A stretch of DNA of 61,351 nt, the filler included, from Sphacelaria rigidula (Eukaryota), in the NCBI GenBank assembly GCA_964200075.2. It is 4 parts of 4 records of this genome, joined end to end, with 100 filler letters (N's around TTAATTAATTAA, not from the genome) between each part and the next. Parts side by side here need not be neighbours in the genome. Positions count along the whole stretch, not along the records: positions 30,735 to 45,995 come from CAXNAA020001834.1; positions 46,096 to 61,351 come from CAXNAA020001835.1; 2 more parts are not named here. One strand, given 5' to 3'. The translations under genes were made by a program, and so were the position numbers. Positions 35,666 through 48,852 of the stretch are shown in pieces. A model generated the notes under the pieces. It had not been told where the DNA came from, ran no database searches, and saw only the letters and a list, made by a program, of their open reading frames with translations. Position 1 is the stretch's first letter; every line of letters starts with the position of its first letter.

Positions 35666-36982
35666 ATTACCTCGTCGGAAAGCAGTCTTGCAATAGATCC
35701 GGATGTGCTCCAGCCCGCGAGGTTTTGTCAACCATCGACGGCACAAGCTGCAGATACACCCTCAGCCAGCTAGGGTATCCGATAGTACGTTCAAATTCGA
35801 ATGTAGTGAAGATGACGAACTCTTGGTGATCGAAGGGTTAATTTCAGTGTCAGGGACGGGGAGCCTCTCGGGACGATGATGACGCAGCGTCCATGTATAC
35901 AATATGTAATGCGCGTGGGTAGTTTACACCATGTACGATTCACAGGGTTGAGCGGCACTGTGTGGTCCAGTACTGTGAGTGCCGTAGCTGAACGCTGCCT
36001 GTCCTGTAGCTTGTAGTGCTGTCTGATGATGGTACATTGTAGGTTGCTAGATCGTCGTCATCGTCGCATGTATCAGCTCCAGCCATCAAATATCACATAA
36101 CGCAACGTACACACGATTGGCTGTATGTTAGATACGGTCCATCTCAGCAATCAATCTTTATTATCCCTGGGCCATATTGCAGCCAAGCTTGTTAAAAAAC
36201 TTGTCAACATGGAGCGAGGTGTCGACAGGTCCTATGCATCGGTTCCGAAGTTCGGTCCAGTCTGTCGAGATGTCTTTTTCTGATTTCGTCATCACGCCGC
36301 GTCTCGATGAACCGCTGGTACGTGCGGAAGTGCACTATGACATACACACAATGACAGTGGAACCGTGACTGGAGATTTCGGCGTAGCAGTGGGTTCCAAC
36401 TGTTCAACGTAGTACGCGTTATGTTCCACGCACGCCGCGCTCGTGGCAGATGAATGAGAACAAGCACCCAAATAACACGGTATTTGCGTTTGTGGTTTTG
36501 TGTAACGTTGGGATTCACACACCAGAGCGCAAAACCGCCCCCTTTGTAAAGGCTGGAACAGGACACAAAATCTGATTGTTGGAAGTACTTGAACTTCGTG
36601 ACATTCGGATATTTGACGTTGTAACATGCACGATTTTGCAGCGCTACGTTCCGTGGGGTACGGGTTTCTGTACTCTCGGGATCTAAGCTTCAAACAGTCC
36701 CCGCACCGCTAAAATGCCCACCTCCCGCTGGCGAGGAGCCGGCGGCGGCGAAAATTTGGGAGATGTCAGCACAATTTTCATCGCAATGTCACTACAGATT
36801 ACAGTGTGAAGTGTGTAGCAACGTTGTTGTTTCTGCTCTTGCACATTCGAAGCCGTTTCGATACCTGCCAGGCACTTCTTCCGTACTGGGCATCTGATGC
36901 GGACGCCTTCCGTGGTCACAGGCTAACTACCCAGAATGCGGCACAGGGAAATCCATAAAAAATGAACTGTTTATTGTTTTTT

Positions 36983-37240
36983 CATTTATTTATTTATTTG
37001 TCGCACTTCGAACCGCTCCCCTCCCCCGAGACTAGGCCGTGATCTCAAGGGATCAACCTGTCTCTCCCCCCCACAGGCCTTGAATTTTGGTGTTGCGGGT
37101 TAGATCAGCACTCACGCACCACGTCAACTCACGTCAAAACAAGCTCAGCCGACTACTTTGCAAATACTTCAAAACCGTCTCCGTCCGTGTACAGTAGGGC
37201 GTAGAAAGGATTCGAACCACGTGCAGTGCAGACACTACGG
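36983..37240 (-). mobile_element. SINE-like repeat related to 21345-21660
   Basis: TTTGTCGCACTT, CTCAAGGG, ATCAGCACTC and CGTCAACTCA shared; minus-strand B-box GGTTCGAATCC near 37208-37218. Confidence 0.62.
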
Positions 37241-37689
37241 TGATGTCTGTACCTTCTGGATACAGTTGGGTGTAGACGACGGTTTGCATACAGCAGTACA
37301 GCGGTCTGCGGACAGCATCAAAGAAGGTTGCCTCCCCTGTGGATGATTAGGGAAGACAGTCAATTAGTCATCGCTGCTTCATTTTTATCCAGTGTCGTTT
37401 ATGATGATACAGAACGCTCTCCTCGTGTGTCTTCCAACGTTATGGCGGGAAATAGTCGCCCGGAACTTTGTTTTGGCTCAACGTCGAGCTAAACGGACCT
37501 GACTTGTTTCTTCTCCTTTGGCGATTTGGATTATGCCGCACATTTGTCTTGGCCTGCGGCGAAAAGCTCTGCCCGGCAGAATTGGCATGCGTGATCAGCC
37601 ACATTGCAGGATGTGCGCATTCCCTCCTTTTCAGTCCATCCCGTGCGGAACCGCAACAGCGCAATTCCTATTTCAAGCAAGCCGTGCCT

Positions 37690-38030
37690 GGAGTATTTAC
37701 CCGGTTCGTACCCGTACCCCACGGTTTTTTTCAGTTGTGGAAGCCTTCCATACCCATATACGGGACACGGGTTCACCCTTGTAGGAATGTCCGAATGAGG
37801 GCGCGGTTTTTCGTACAGTGTACATACCCGTACTCGACAGTTCTGTCGGTTCTGCAAGCCCCCCACATCGATACGTGGCGGTTTCTGTAAGTTGTGTTAG
37901 ATTATCATACACCTAGCTGACAGTTCTGTTGAGTTCTGTGAGGCTCCTTTACCCGTAGCCGGCATGCTGGTCTACCCGTCAACAAAAACCCGTTGCTGGT
38001 GCGAGCAGGGGTATATGCCCTGGGTGTATA
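37690..38030. mobile_element. Decayed fragments of the TACCCG/GACAGTTCTGT hAT family (also ~36650-36680 and ~38710-38790)
   Basis: Same subterminal motifs as 9138-10916; no intact TIR pair. Confidence 0.5.
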
Positions 38031-39217
38031 TGGAGGTGGGATCAGTCCCGACACACTCTGACGTTATAATGACACACACACACACACACACGCGCGCGCA
38101 TCATACATACCCACCTCGTCCACTCAAAACCAAAACCACACACTTATAGAACAAATGTTGGAAGCGGATGTGAACTATAAATATAGTGTTTATTTGCGCG
38201 GGTGGGTGGCCTTCGTGTATCGCTTTGTTGACTCCTGCACGTTGTGTCGGTGGAACTCAACAAAATGTGGCATGCTTGAAGGCGCGCAACGAATACGCGT
38301 GATGGACTCGAAACAATAAGTTGTCATTTGTGCGGTTTGTATAATGAGTACAATACGTTCATGGTTCGCTTTCTTATTCATTTCGGTGTTGACCATTTTT
38401 GTTTCTACTTGCACCGTGTCCAATTTCTATTTTCAAGGGGAGTTCAGGGTTCTACAACCATCGGTCCTCTATCATTATTAATGGTAATATTAATAATATT
38501 GATGATTCATGTTGCATTTTCGGCATGCAAGTATGAGCTGTTGACACTTATCATCAATGCGCTCCGTATTTCAATCGCGTTCATGCACTAGCCCTACGTA
38601 GTAACCTTCGTGTCGGTCATCAGTATATCGTGTATCACTTGCGGTATACGGCATGCATTCGCTTGTTTTTCGCCCCATGATGCCGGAAACGTGCCGGATA
38701 TGCCCAGGCTATTTACCCTGGCATTTCCCGTACCCCACAGTTCTGTCCGACAGTTCTGTACTAAGGTTGACCTTTACCAGGGTTAGGGTATTCCAGAGGT
38801 GCACGAAAAGAATATCCCGCACACCTACGTACTCCTCACGCCCCCCCCCTCCCCCATCCTCCTCCGCGGGGCCTGTAAAAAAAATTGAAGTGTCTTTTTT
38901 TGTTTATTTTCGTTCTTCTGCCTTTCCCCTCTCAATCCGTGTGTATAGTCAATGCACGTTATCTTTCAAAAGAAGTGCTAAATACTCGCACTTACCTGTT
39001 GCAAACACGTGCATGCTGCTGTGGGTTGGCATGGCTTCGTTTGATGGTCGTGGTTTGAGACGATCCCGGACCAAGACCATCCCCCGCGGCGGCAACCTTC
39101 GACAAATGTTACTAGGAGCGAGAACAAGTTACATCTAAGCTTGTGCAAATCGGTATTGATGGAAGGGACTCATCGAGCCTACAACGATGGTAGTGTGCAC
39201 AGTGTTGAAAATAGTTC

Positions 39218-40436
39218 CAAGGTTTTGTTCTGTAGGGTACGGTTCGGGTTTCTGTAAACCCGAGGTATTTTGCTGGGTATTTATCGTGCCCGACAGTCCC
39301 GTGACTTCTAGAAGACATTTATACCGGTGCCCGACAGTTCTGCAATCTCTGTAAGACTTTAATATCCTTACGCGATAGTTCTGTAATCGCTGTAAGACTC
39401 ACGTACCGTTACCGGGGGGCACGGGTACGCTCTTGATAAGATACCTGATTGCGGGTACGGTTTTCAGCGCGACCTCCATGCCCTACCCGACAGTTCCTGT
39501 GAGTCCTGTAAGCGTCCCATACCCTCACACGATAATTCTGCGAGTTCTGTACATAATCTTTACCCGTACCCGGAGCGCGGGTATGCTCCTGAACAACTAC
39601 CCGATTGCCGGTACCGGTTTTCTGTAAGCCTCCCATACCGTACCGGACAAGTTCTGTAATTTCTGTAAGACTTTCATCCAGTACCAATGCCCCGACAGTT
39701 CTGTGAGCTCTGTAAGCCTCTCATACCCCTCCCCGGGGTTAGGGTATACCGTTACAGATATACCCGATTGAAGGTTCGAGACAGGTACATACCTTGGAAA
39801 GGTACGAATATGGATTCGATCCAAACACAATCTCATGACCTGAACATGTACCTCGCATCGATCAACCCATCCAACTCCTTCATTCAAAACTGCACACCAA
39901 CAATAATTCGATGTTGAGAAGTTCTCTAGTTTGGGATCTGACGGCAAACGAGGTACCGCTGAGTGGAAGCACGAAACATGAGCAGCACAGCAGACGGTCA
40001 GGATGGATCACCCCCAGACTTGAGTGGTGGCTCGAGCGGGGGTGGTTCATGCGCCACCAGGGGATCAAGCAGCAAGACGCACGTCATCGACGTTGATGCT
40101 GGTTGTGTCGTGGTCATCAAACCCCAGGCCGTTATCGACATGTACAGCACAGACTAAGAGCTACCACTGAAAGTCGTCGAGGCCATCAGCGATTTTGTCG
40201 CGTGCCAAGGGGCATCCGGAGAACGGGCAGCCGTGAATGCTCCTTCATGTACTCTCTGGGAGTGTACGTGAAACCGATAGATGTTGACGATCCCGTGCAC
40301 ATGTACTACTTACTGCGAGTGTTCGTGTAGTCTTTCCTCATCAACCCCGTGAAGCCGTTCAGAGGTTTCGTGAACTGTCATCTGTATTTCGCCAGTGTTG
40401 TAGTGACGTAGGTCCCACCACAGGGGTGATGAGAAT
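39218..40436 (+). mobile_element. Second copy of the left 1.2 kb of the 9138-10916 hAT element
   Basis: Starts CAAGGTTTTGTTCTGTAGGGTACGG; colinear with 9138-10335 through GGTCCCACCACAGGGGTGATGA.AATAC; no 3' TIR or TSD found. Confidence 0.85.
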
Positions 40437-41573
40437 ACCACAGGGGTGATGGTCGCTACAGAAGAAGGCCCGGAGAGTGGAGTAAACTGTGGACAGGAAG
40501 CATGCAAATATACACACGCGAATAACAAGCAGAAAGTGTGCAGAAAAGAACTAGAGAACAAGGAAAAACAGTCTCGGTGAAAAAGATGAGAAAATAAGCA
40601 AGAGAGAGTGAATCGAAATGGCACTAGGAATGGGGGGGGGCTGCATCATGGTGTCAGGTGAAATAAGCCGTGCGATAAATGCACATACACTCCCACGACA
40701 ATACTGCTCCACATGTTGGTTCATCTACACGCTGCGCGACGTCAGCAGGTGTATTTTCATCTACCGAGCTGTTCTTAATAATGTCTGTCTCATCGGGACG
40801 CGAAATGTCACGTTCGAGAAACAGCCCCCCCGTGATCGATCGCAGCTATACCGCCTTTCCCACCAGCCCCCCCTCGAAATCATTTTCAGATGGAATGTGG
40901 CGTCTGGTCCAGGAATGTAATTTCGAACGACGTCTTTATGTAGTTTGTGCAAAATATGTGGATTATGTTGAAAACATGACATGCCTCGAAAGGGAAGAAC
41001 ATGGTGATCCCTAGGCGGTGCGTACTGAGATCCGACGTTACACACGCGTATGGCATACAGCCACTCATGAAGTTTCGAGGCCCGCAACGGGCAAGCAAGG
41101 AAATCATAGAGCGGGCGGTAGATGTCGATCGGCTGCTCGGTTAGTAAGGAGTGTGTTGAAAAATCGATGATGTCCGACCATATGTGTTTACGCCTACTGT
41201 TACGACTCATGTACCACCACCAATATCTCCCCTGAACACTAGCACATACACTGCCGCAATTTGGAAATGGCTTCTGAAGGTGACGTGATAGCATCCCAAT
41301 ACTATAGCGACGCTCAGCCCTGACCGCATGATGCTAAATGAACGAGACATGTGGCATGGGCGAGTCAACCGGAGGCAGGTGTGGTGTATATAGGGCATGG
41401 CTGTGGTGCGTTTCCATGATAGGTATGGGTACAGGTCTCCACAGATGCCCGTGATTGTGTTGCGGTGTGCACGCCGTGGTGGGCACGTTGTGTAGCATTG
41501 TGCGGTATGGCTTGTCCACGCTTGATGCTTTGCAGGTATGCTGAGAGTCCCCCTTTCGCATGTTACCGGGCAG

Positions 41574-41645
41574 GCTCTATCCCTTCCTCACTGGAGAACC
41601 TGACACGGCTGACGTGGCTGTACCTATCTGGCAACCAGCTGAACG
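41574..41645 (+). CDS. Single 24-aa LRR exon ((G)SIPSSLENLTRLTWLYLSGNQLN(G))
   Basis: CTGAG branch-like site, CAG acceptor 41571-41573, GTGAGT donor, exactly 72 nt, phase 1-1; plant-type LRR consensus; in phase with 33392-33571. Confidence 0.92.
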
Positions 41646-44125
41646 GTGAGTGAAACATTGTGTTCACCGGGATATGTGGTCACGTGCAATATATACGGGT
41701 AACTAGGCATTTGTGTAGCTGCAAGGCACCGCACGAAACGTCGCGAGGGCGCGCTGGAGGGACGTACGTGGAAATAGCATCGGTGGTAAGAGGTGAATCA
41801 GGTGTGTAGTGTGAATGGACAGTAGTTCATGGATATGTTGAGTTGTCCATGACACTTTTGAGCGCCGCTGTACAGGAATTCGCGTTGCATGTTCTCTAAG
41901 GCTTCGTATCACCATGCCGTAACGTAGAGTAGTTTCATATGGTCTAGTGAGTACTTGAGCCGGATACGACCACGACACTTGTCACATGTTTCCAGCTTTT
42001 GTAGGAGTGCGTGAAGAGAAACGATACGAGAAATGCACGATTTCTATAACCGCGCCCGAGAGTACCCTGGTATAGAAAGACTTACTTCCAACTTAGTTCT
42101 GTTGACGCAATATCGACATTCTCTTTTCAAGCAAAGGGTACTGAAAATGCCTTAAAAGTAGGCAGTCCTGTCTCCTGGTACTAAGAGAACACGGACAGTC
42201 GGTGTCAACTTCTAGTAATCTCCATCCTTTTGGTACTCCATCTCTTTGGCAAGAATTATGGATATGGATATGTTTGATATCTTGGAGTCTTCGGCAAGCA
42301 TGCTCCCCCGAAACCGAATTCTCACACAACAGTACTCGCGGAAGAGCTGTCAATAGCATCCACTCTTATTTATACACTACCCCAGCGGATTTTTTACATG
42401 CACGCCCGGGCAGACAAGGAGGTAGTATGATCAGCACCCAGCTGTAGTATTACACAAACATCACCGTAAGAGTCGATACGACCCGCGGAGGCGCTGGCTG
42501 TACTGAAACAGAGGGTGGAAACCGGCAGCCCATTCCAGACTAAAACACGCGATATATGAGTGCACCGGTGAGATTCAGTGGTGACAACGCGTGTGCAGAA
42601 ACAATAGCATACCCGGCGATATAGCCATGAGAGAAGAAAATGTGGGCTGTACAAGCGAGCACGTTTGTTGTACGTGGCAAGTGCGGGCGTACTGTTCTTC
42701 CTTTTGTATTAGTGAATGCATTGCGCATGGGTTGTTTTGATGTGCGCTGTTGCACCCCAGCTGTGCTGAGGGTCGTACTGTATCTGACGCAATAGCATGA
42801 AGTTCAGTAGCCTAGGTCCCCTGCTTACAAGCTCAAAGTGATGACATCCCACGAAGCGGCGACGGAGTTGTAGCTGTCCGCCAATCGGGGTTGCGCTATC
42901 TTCACAAGTTCTCGTGCGACTGATGCACACATTTGTTTTTTCGATGAAGAACAGTCGTGAAACACGCCCCTCACTGCTGATATGGCGATCGTTCTAACTC
43001 ACTTGCGCTGACCACAACATACACGCGGCAACCACGAGCTGGGCATGGTCGGAGAGCTGAGATCCACACCTTCACGCCCATGCAGGTCACGTGATGATGC
43101 CTTGCGGATATTTCAAAACGATTGAAAAACAACGGGGAAATTTGATTTTTGTTTTTATTGGGCAGTGTTACAAGGTCAAAATGCAAGAGATCAGAAGTTT
43201 ACTACTTCTGGCGGATGTGACCACATAGTGTGGGCGGTGGATTTTTGTAGTCCTTCATGGTACGGAGGAAAAGCTGACCTGTAGTACGCTGACAGCAATC
43301 TCCCAGCTTCTCAGCCCCACACTACCGAGTTACTTGGGTGCTATTTGGAACATGTGACCATCACTACAGGATTTACTTTGGCCGGGTCGGATCCGTGAGT
43401 ACCGTGTGAAGCGCTAACTGTGTAGAACTTGTTGCTCGAGCAGTCCCCTTCGATATGAGCGGAAGCACGTTTGCTGCGCAACTATGTTCGTACGCATGTT
43501 TTGTACGGTCGGCTTCCACTACCGCACTCTTGCACTTCCTCCCCTGAACATATGTTCATATATATATATATATATGTATATGTACATCGCGCCACATGCC
43601 GCTGACGAAAAAGACTACAGAGGGAAAACGTCGAGGCGTACTTAAACGGCCGATAGGATGGTACTCGGAGGGCAATCGGCAATGCTGCTCGAGCGAAGCG
43701 TTACACCTGTGCGGTATTCATTGCTACTAGTTTCATGTGCGTAATGTGTGGTACCCGTCCCCCCCGCTCGGTTGGAGGCTCCTGTACTGGGACGTCGTCT
43801 CGAAAGGGATGCGTGGTCAGAGGTGACGTGACCATGGCAAATACCAAATAACAACGTCCCCTCATCCTCGGAACGATTCCGTATTCCCAAGTAATTAAAT
43901 CAAACTCGTTTCTCCACTGGTGCCTGCCTTACATTTTGGTATTTGCGGATCGAATCGGCACTCCCGCTGGAGATCATGTACTGGTAGGGATTCGAATTCC
44001 CAGCCTTTCGCGCTAATTTGGCATTTGTGGATCAGTGAGACTGCAGGTTGGAACAGTATCTTGTTTCGCGCGCAACCAAATGCAACCTCTTGCTATACCA
44101 TGGTGGTCTGGGTACGTTTGGGGGG

Positions 44126-44188
44126 GGTGTACTCATTTGTCGCTTGCCTTAGTCGTTTGACCATTGACCACGTATCCCTTTCGAGACG
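44126..44188 (-). mobile_element. ~60-bp LINE 3' stub (family 1) with 16-bp TSD
   Basis: Flanked by GGGTACGTTTGGGGGG at 44110-44125 and 44189-44204; matches 29796-29857 and 61169-61230. Confidence 0.85.
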
Positions 44189-44212
44189 GGGTACGTTTGG
44201 GGGGAGGGGGGG

Positions 44213-44259
44213 GTACTCATGATCATGCATGCCATAGTCATGAGATCATTGACCTCGCA
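44213..44259 (-). mobile_element. LINE 3' stub (family 2) between G-runs
   Basis: GTACTCATGATCATGCATGCC..CATTGACCTCGCA matches the reverse complement of 34405-34451. Confidence 0.75.
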
Positions 44260-45242
44260 GGTGGGGGGGGATGGGGAGGGATGCTCGGCATCTCTTCAGA
44301 GCGGTTTGACCGTCCAGTGCATAGATCCTGCCGTCGAGTAAGTTGAGTACAAGCTCTTGTTTATTCGGCGGACGTAGTTGGCATTGACGTGAGGAGACGA
44401 TGTAAGCTTGGAGTTATTAGCGTGGGCACATGACAAATTACCTAGACCATTTAATTACAGTCGTAGATGGTGCAGTCTTGCTCGAGTTGTGATGAAGCTA
44501 AATAAAATGACGTACCACGAACGCTGCGCTCCTCACGAATGAACGAACGCAAGCGCACAACTCCAGCTCCGTAACAAAGCCTGGAACAGGACGGAAATAT
44601 TCACTGCTCCAAAGTTCTCGAACGTGGCAGGGGTTCGTGACAGGTAGATATTTGACGTTGTGAAACGCACAGGTTCCCGCCGGAAACAACATCCTCAATA
44701 ACAAAATAGGTGTAGACCACTCGGCAGCACGTGCTCTTCTCGAGTTGTACTTGGATATCGCGGCATACACGATCATTTCCCAATGCGGTTCATACACGCT
44801 GTCAGTTTCCAAAACAATCATAATGCTTGTCCTCACGAAGCTGCAGCTTTGTCCTTACAGCAAGTAGCGGAGAAGGTGTTCCCAAACCGCTTGACAACCT
44901 TCGTCCGGCAGTGAGATGCCAGGGATGACATGCTCGGCATGTGACTCGATTTAGCGGTCACATTGGAGTGAGAAAACACGAAAATAAACAACAGCGAGGA
45001 ATTGAGGACGCTTTAAATTGAGGAATTCCAGACACGCTCTTGGTCTTTACGTCAGCGGTGATGTTGTGAGCCTATGTCTTACAAGTTGAGCAGCTCCGAG
45101 TTTTTTCAGTCGTCCCGCACAAAACATGCAAATCGCGAAATGCCGATTTTAACACATGTAAGTCTTCAAAAGTGCCATCTGTATGTGGTATTGATCCTTG
45201 GTCACCCATCAAGTGGTTCCTCAGGGGCACAGCTGTGGTCAT

Positions 45243-45447
45243 TGTAATGCGTGGGAAAACCGCGTGCTTGGGGGACCGCATCGAAATTTACAAATCCCTG
45301 TGATAAGGGTTAGGGTTAGTGTTTGGATTAGGGTCAGGGGCGTGGTCCCTGCAGGGACTGGCTCGAATGGCTTTGAAAATCGTCGATCCTGAGGTGTTTT
45401 GAACTACGATGCGGTCCCCTAAACACGCGGTTCTCCGACGCATTACA
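45243..45447. mobile_element. MITE-like element, ~41-bp inverted arms around TTAGGG-like units
   Basis: TGTAATGCGT..AACCGCGTG.TT.GGGGACCGCATCG (45243-45283) is mirrored at 45407-45447; AGGGTTAGGGTTAG inside. Confidence 0.7.
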
Positions 45448-45995
45448 GTCATTTCTCAAAGGATTCACGCATCCCAGGGGAAAAACACCGTTTCGATTGC
45501 TGCAGGAGCAAAAGTGGGAGAAGACAGAACAAGGATCCACGAAACGAAGCGAGCAAAAACAACACCAGACAAGCAGAACAAAAACAAGATTTACAAGTCA
45601 TTAGTGCCTGGGGCGGCCGGGATTCGGAATTGCATTCTGCAAGTCATTCACCAGCCCATATTTCGTAGCCCTCAACCGCCGAGAAGTGAAGCATCACAAA
45701 TACCTAGTGCTCCCTACTCCGTACCTTTGGTTTGCGACATCTTTGACTCGAGAAACCCCAAAACACACATGTGGGCATCCGAGCCCTGAACGTTTCTGAC
45801 CATGCGCGAAGACCTCTTTTCGTCGAAGTCGCATGCAAAACAGCGTTTTTGTCTGAGAAACCATTGCTACACCTTGCTCCACCAGCACTTGTCCTGTTTG
45901 ACAAGACAGCACGCGTTCCACGCTCCCCCCCCCCCACCCCCCCCCCCCCCCCCCCCCCCCCGCTCCCCCCCGCGGGCCGCCGGGGGCCCAGGGCC

Positions 45996-46095
45996 NNNNN
46001 NNNNNNNNNNNNNNNNNNNNNNNNNNNNNNNNNNNNNNNTTAATTAATTAANNNNNNNNNNNNNNNNNNNNNNNNNNNNNNNNNNNNNNNNNNNN
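45996..46095. other. Artificial scaffold spacer
   Basis: 44 N + TTAATTAATTAA + 44 N. Confidence 0.97.
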
Positions 46096-46786
46096 CCGCG
46101 CTCACCGGGGGCCCGGGTGGGCGGTCCCCGCCCCCTGGGCTAGCCAGGGTTGTGCTTTTTTTTTTGTTCCCCCCCCCCCCCCCCCCCCCTCCTCGACCTT
46201 GTTGATGTACGGGCCGTTTGGAGTTACAACTCGTGATTCTGTGCGTGGTTTGTCTTTTGTGTGAGTACCTACTTTTATTTGATATCTTGATTTGTCCTTG
46301 AACTGGTCTTGAGGGGAGATCGGTGTGTAACAGCTTCTGGTTTACGACCAGCTGTGAGCGGTACATATGCGTCGGCGTGTGCGCACAAGATTCTGGACGT
46401 GAGTTCTGGGGCTCGCGTTCCGGGACCGCTCGAAGTGGTGTCGCTCCGTAGCAAAGTCGTTGCTCGTTGTGGCTCAGGCCGCGGAGAGGATTCACTATGC
46501 TACTCGTGTAGTCTCGAACCGTGGTACCCAGTGGCTGTGAATTATCATCATCATCTGTTGTGTGAATACATTTTCAAGCCTGAGTTGCGATGCCCTCATC
46601 GTACACACCTCTAGTCGCTTTGCTTTGGAGACGCCACTTGGTTCATCAATTATTTCCTCAACAGCAGCCCTACACACAAGCCGACTCACCCTCCTCCTAC
46701 TCGAATCCATGGCATATGTTTTGCTTGCTCTGTCGGTCGTCATTCTCATGCTGCGTTACGTTACGTCGCCTCACGTAACATTTCAG

Positions 46787-46837
46787 CTGCACGCCAAGGA
46801 GCACAGCGACATCATGCAGGACGCTATCCACGCATGA
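46787..46837 (+). CDS. Possible terminal exon of an unidentified gene (LHAKEHSDIMQDAIHA*)
   Basis: TTTCAG acceptor, strongly GC3-biased codons, TGA; no homology recognised. Confidence 0.3.
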   Translation: MHAKEHSDIMQDAIHA

Positions 46838-48548
46838 GCGAGGGCGCCTTGAGCTTCATGGCTAGGTTCAGGCTGCCCTCCAGGGATCGTGCCCCGCTCA
46901 ACTCTCACCTATCTTCGTCTCTCGTGCGGCCGCAGCATTCACGATATACGTGTTTTTGGTCTGCTGCGGTGACGATCCCAATTTTTAGTCTTTGGAATTT
47001 GTCCACAAGCCGTAAAGGATAGAGAGAGGGTATGTGTGTGTATAGGCGTGGGCGGGATACCTTTTTCGTCGTGAGGGTGCAGCTGTTGCTCGAGAGGGCA
47101 ATATGTGTATTGGTATGTGAGTTTTGGAAACCATCGGTGAGATGAGAGGGCGAGCAGGCCTGATTGATGGAGAGCGGGCACAGCAAGACGTAGAAGAGTA
47201 AGCTTGCTTTTGGCTGTACACATGTACGTCCAAGGAGATCTCGATACGCCATGCATCTTTGCTTGATTATGTTGAACGGTTTAGAGCTATGGTGTATGCT
47301 GTGCATCCATCCCTCAGTTGAAGGGCAGCATTGTTTATGGTTTATCGTTTTTTTTCCTCCTTTGATTGAGCCGGAAGGAGAGGAGAGGAAACACCGATCA
47401 GGTGAAGATCGACACTGCTGTTGTTCCTCCTGATTCGTCAAGTAGCGCAGAAGGCCACCCTAGTATTCGTGTTGATACGCGTCGGGTGTCGGAACACGGC
47501 TTATTGGACGGTGGTGGCTTGTAGTTGCTTATTCGCTCTCTCAACCCTTTTGACTGCTATTGCAATACTGCAGGTGTTTTAATCCGTACTGCCTTCCCCT
47601 TGCCCAACCCCCCTCGAAAAACGAAAAACCATCACATCTTATCCACCACAACCAAACACGAAACACCCATCCACACGAACTTTACTCTTTTTTTGTCTTC
47701 CCCTCCGTAACCGTTAGACCGCAAGGTGTAGTCCATCTGAGTCATTCATACTTTCTTCAGTTGAAATCGATGCCGACTGAACAGATGACCTACTTTGCGT
47801 TCGAAGGGTTACAGTACAAAACCCCCCAAACAACCCAAACAACCCAACCCCCACCCCACACCCAACTTTTGATCTACTGCAGTGTGAGAGCTCGTGTGCC
47901 TTGCTCTTCATACATGCCCATAAGTGAATCAGCCTACAGTGAAGATCCCGAAATTTACGCCATCATCAAAGAGTCCTTCTTTTATTCTCAAATATGACGT
48001 CGTACCTCCAAATCTGTGCTTCCCCTCATGTAACCTGTGATACAGGCATCTATTGTATTGTCGTCCCATCTATTCTATGGACGCCGGTCTACACCTTTCA
48101 GTAAATGTGGGCGCAACAGCCGGGGTCACTCTGAAGGAAGGCCAACACAGGAGCTTTTTTACCTTTTTTTTGTTTCATTTCTCCACCTTCCTTCTGCTGT
48201 GCTCGCCTTTTTTATCGCGAGAGAGGTTCAGGCCGTGTCTCATCAAATTGTTTTCATGTCGAAAACGTGCGGTCGAATCGAATTCGCTTGTTTCTGATTC
48301 GTCCACGCGTTTTTTTTCTCGGATGGTTGAGAACATGGTTACATCGTACGTTCTCGACTCGATTTTTCGGGTCGAAAACAAGGCGGCAAGACAAGGCTAT
48401 AGCAGTCCCTTTCCCTTCTCGACCGACACGTCGAATTTTTCATGATCTACTTGCTTTGTCTCTATACAATGCAACGTCCCTCGATCGCGTGGATACTTCT
48501 TTGACGTTTTTTTTTGTTACTTCTCCGTGCCCGCAACACTCCTTCTAA

Positions 48549-48852
48549 GGCGAAGCGTATTTCACCACTGAATTCAGCACCCCCAATTGATGCGAGATGA
48601 CACTTAACATCGTTTTCGTGAGATTGAGAGTAAAGCGCTGATTGAGATTGGCCTTGATCATCCGCGTTGACTCGGCCAATTTTCCATTTATTGTGTGCTT
48701 TTCTTTGACATGTCGATATCCCACTCAGGGAAATTATGGGCCTCAGTGGCAAGCTACTACAGAAATCATATTGGGCCTCGTGGAGGGGCATTTCGGAGCT
48801 GAAGCGATCCATTAACTAATTTGACCGCTTTTCACTCTCAATCGTATCCTCT
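48549..48852 (-). repeat. Dispersed repeat, copy of 67-400
   Basis: See 67-400; a broken minus-strand frame extends to ~49070. Confidence 0.75.

Noticed and set aside
43315-43394. Possible third LRR exon (PTLPSYLGAI...) with CAG and GTGAGT ends
   Set aside because: 80 nt rather than 72, in-frame stop in the LRR-like frame and no LxLxxNxL motif.
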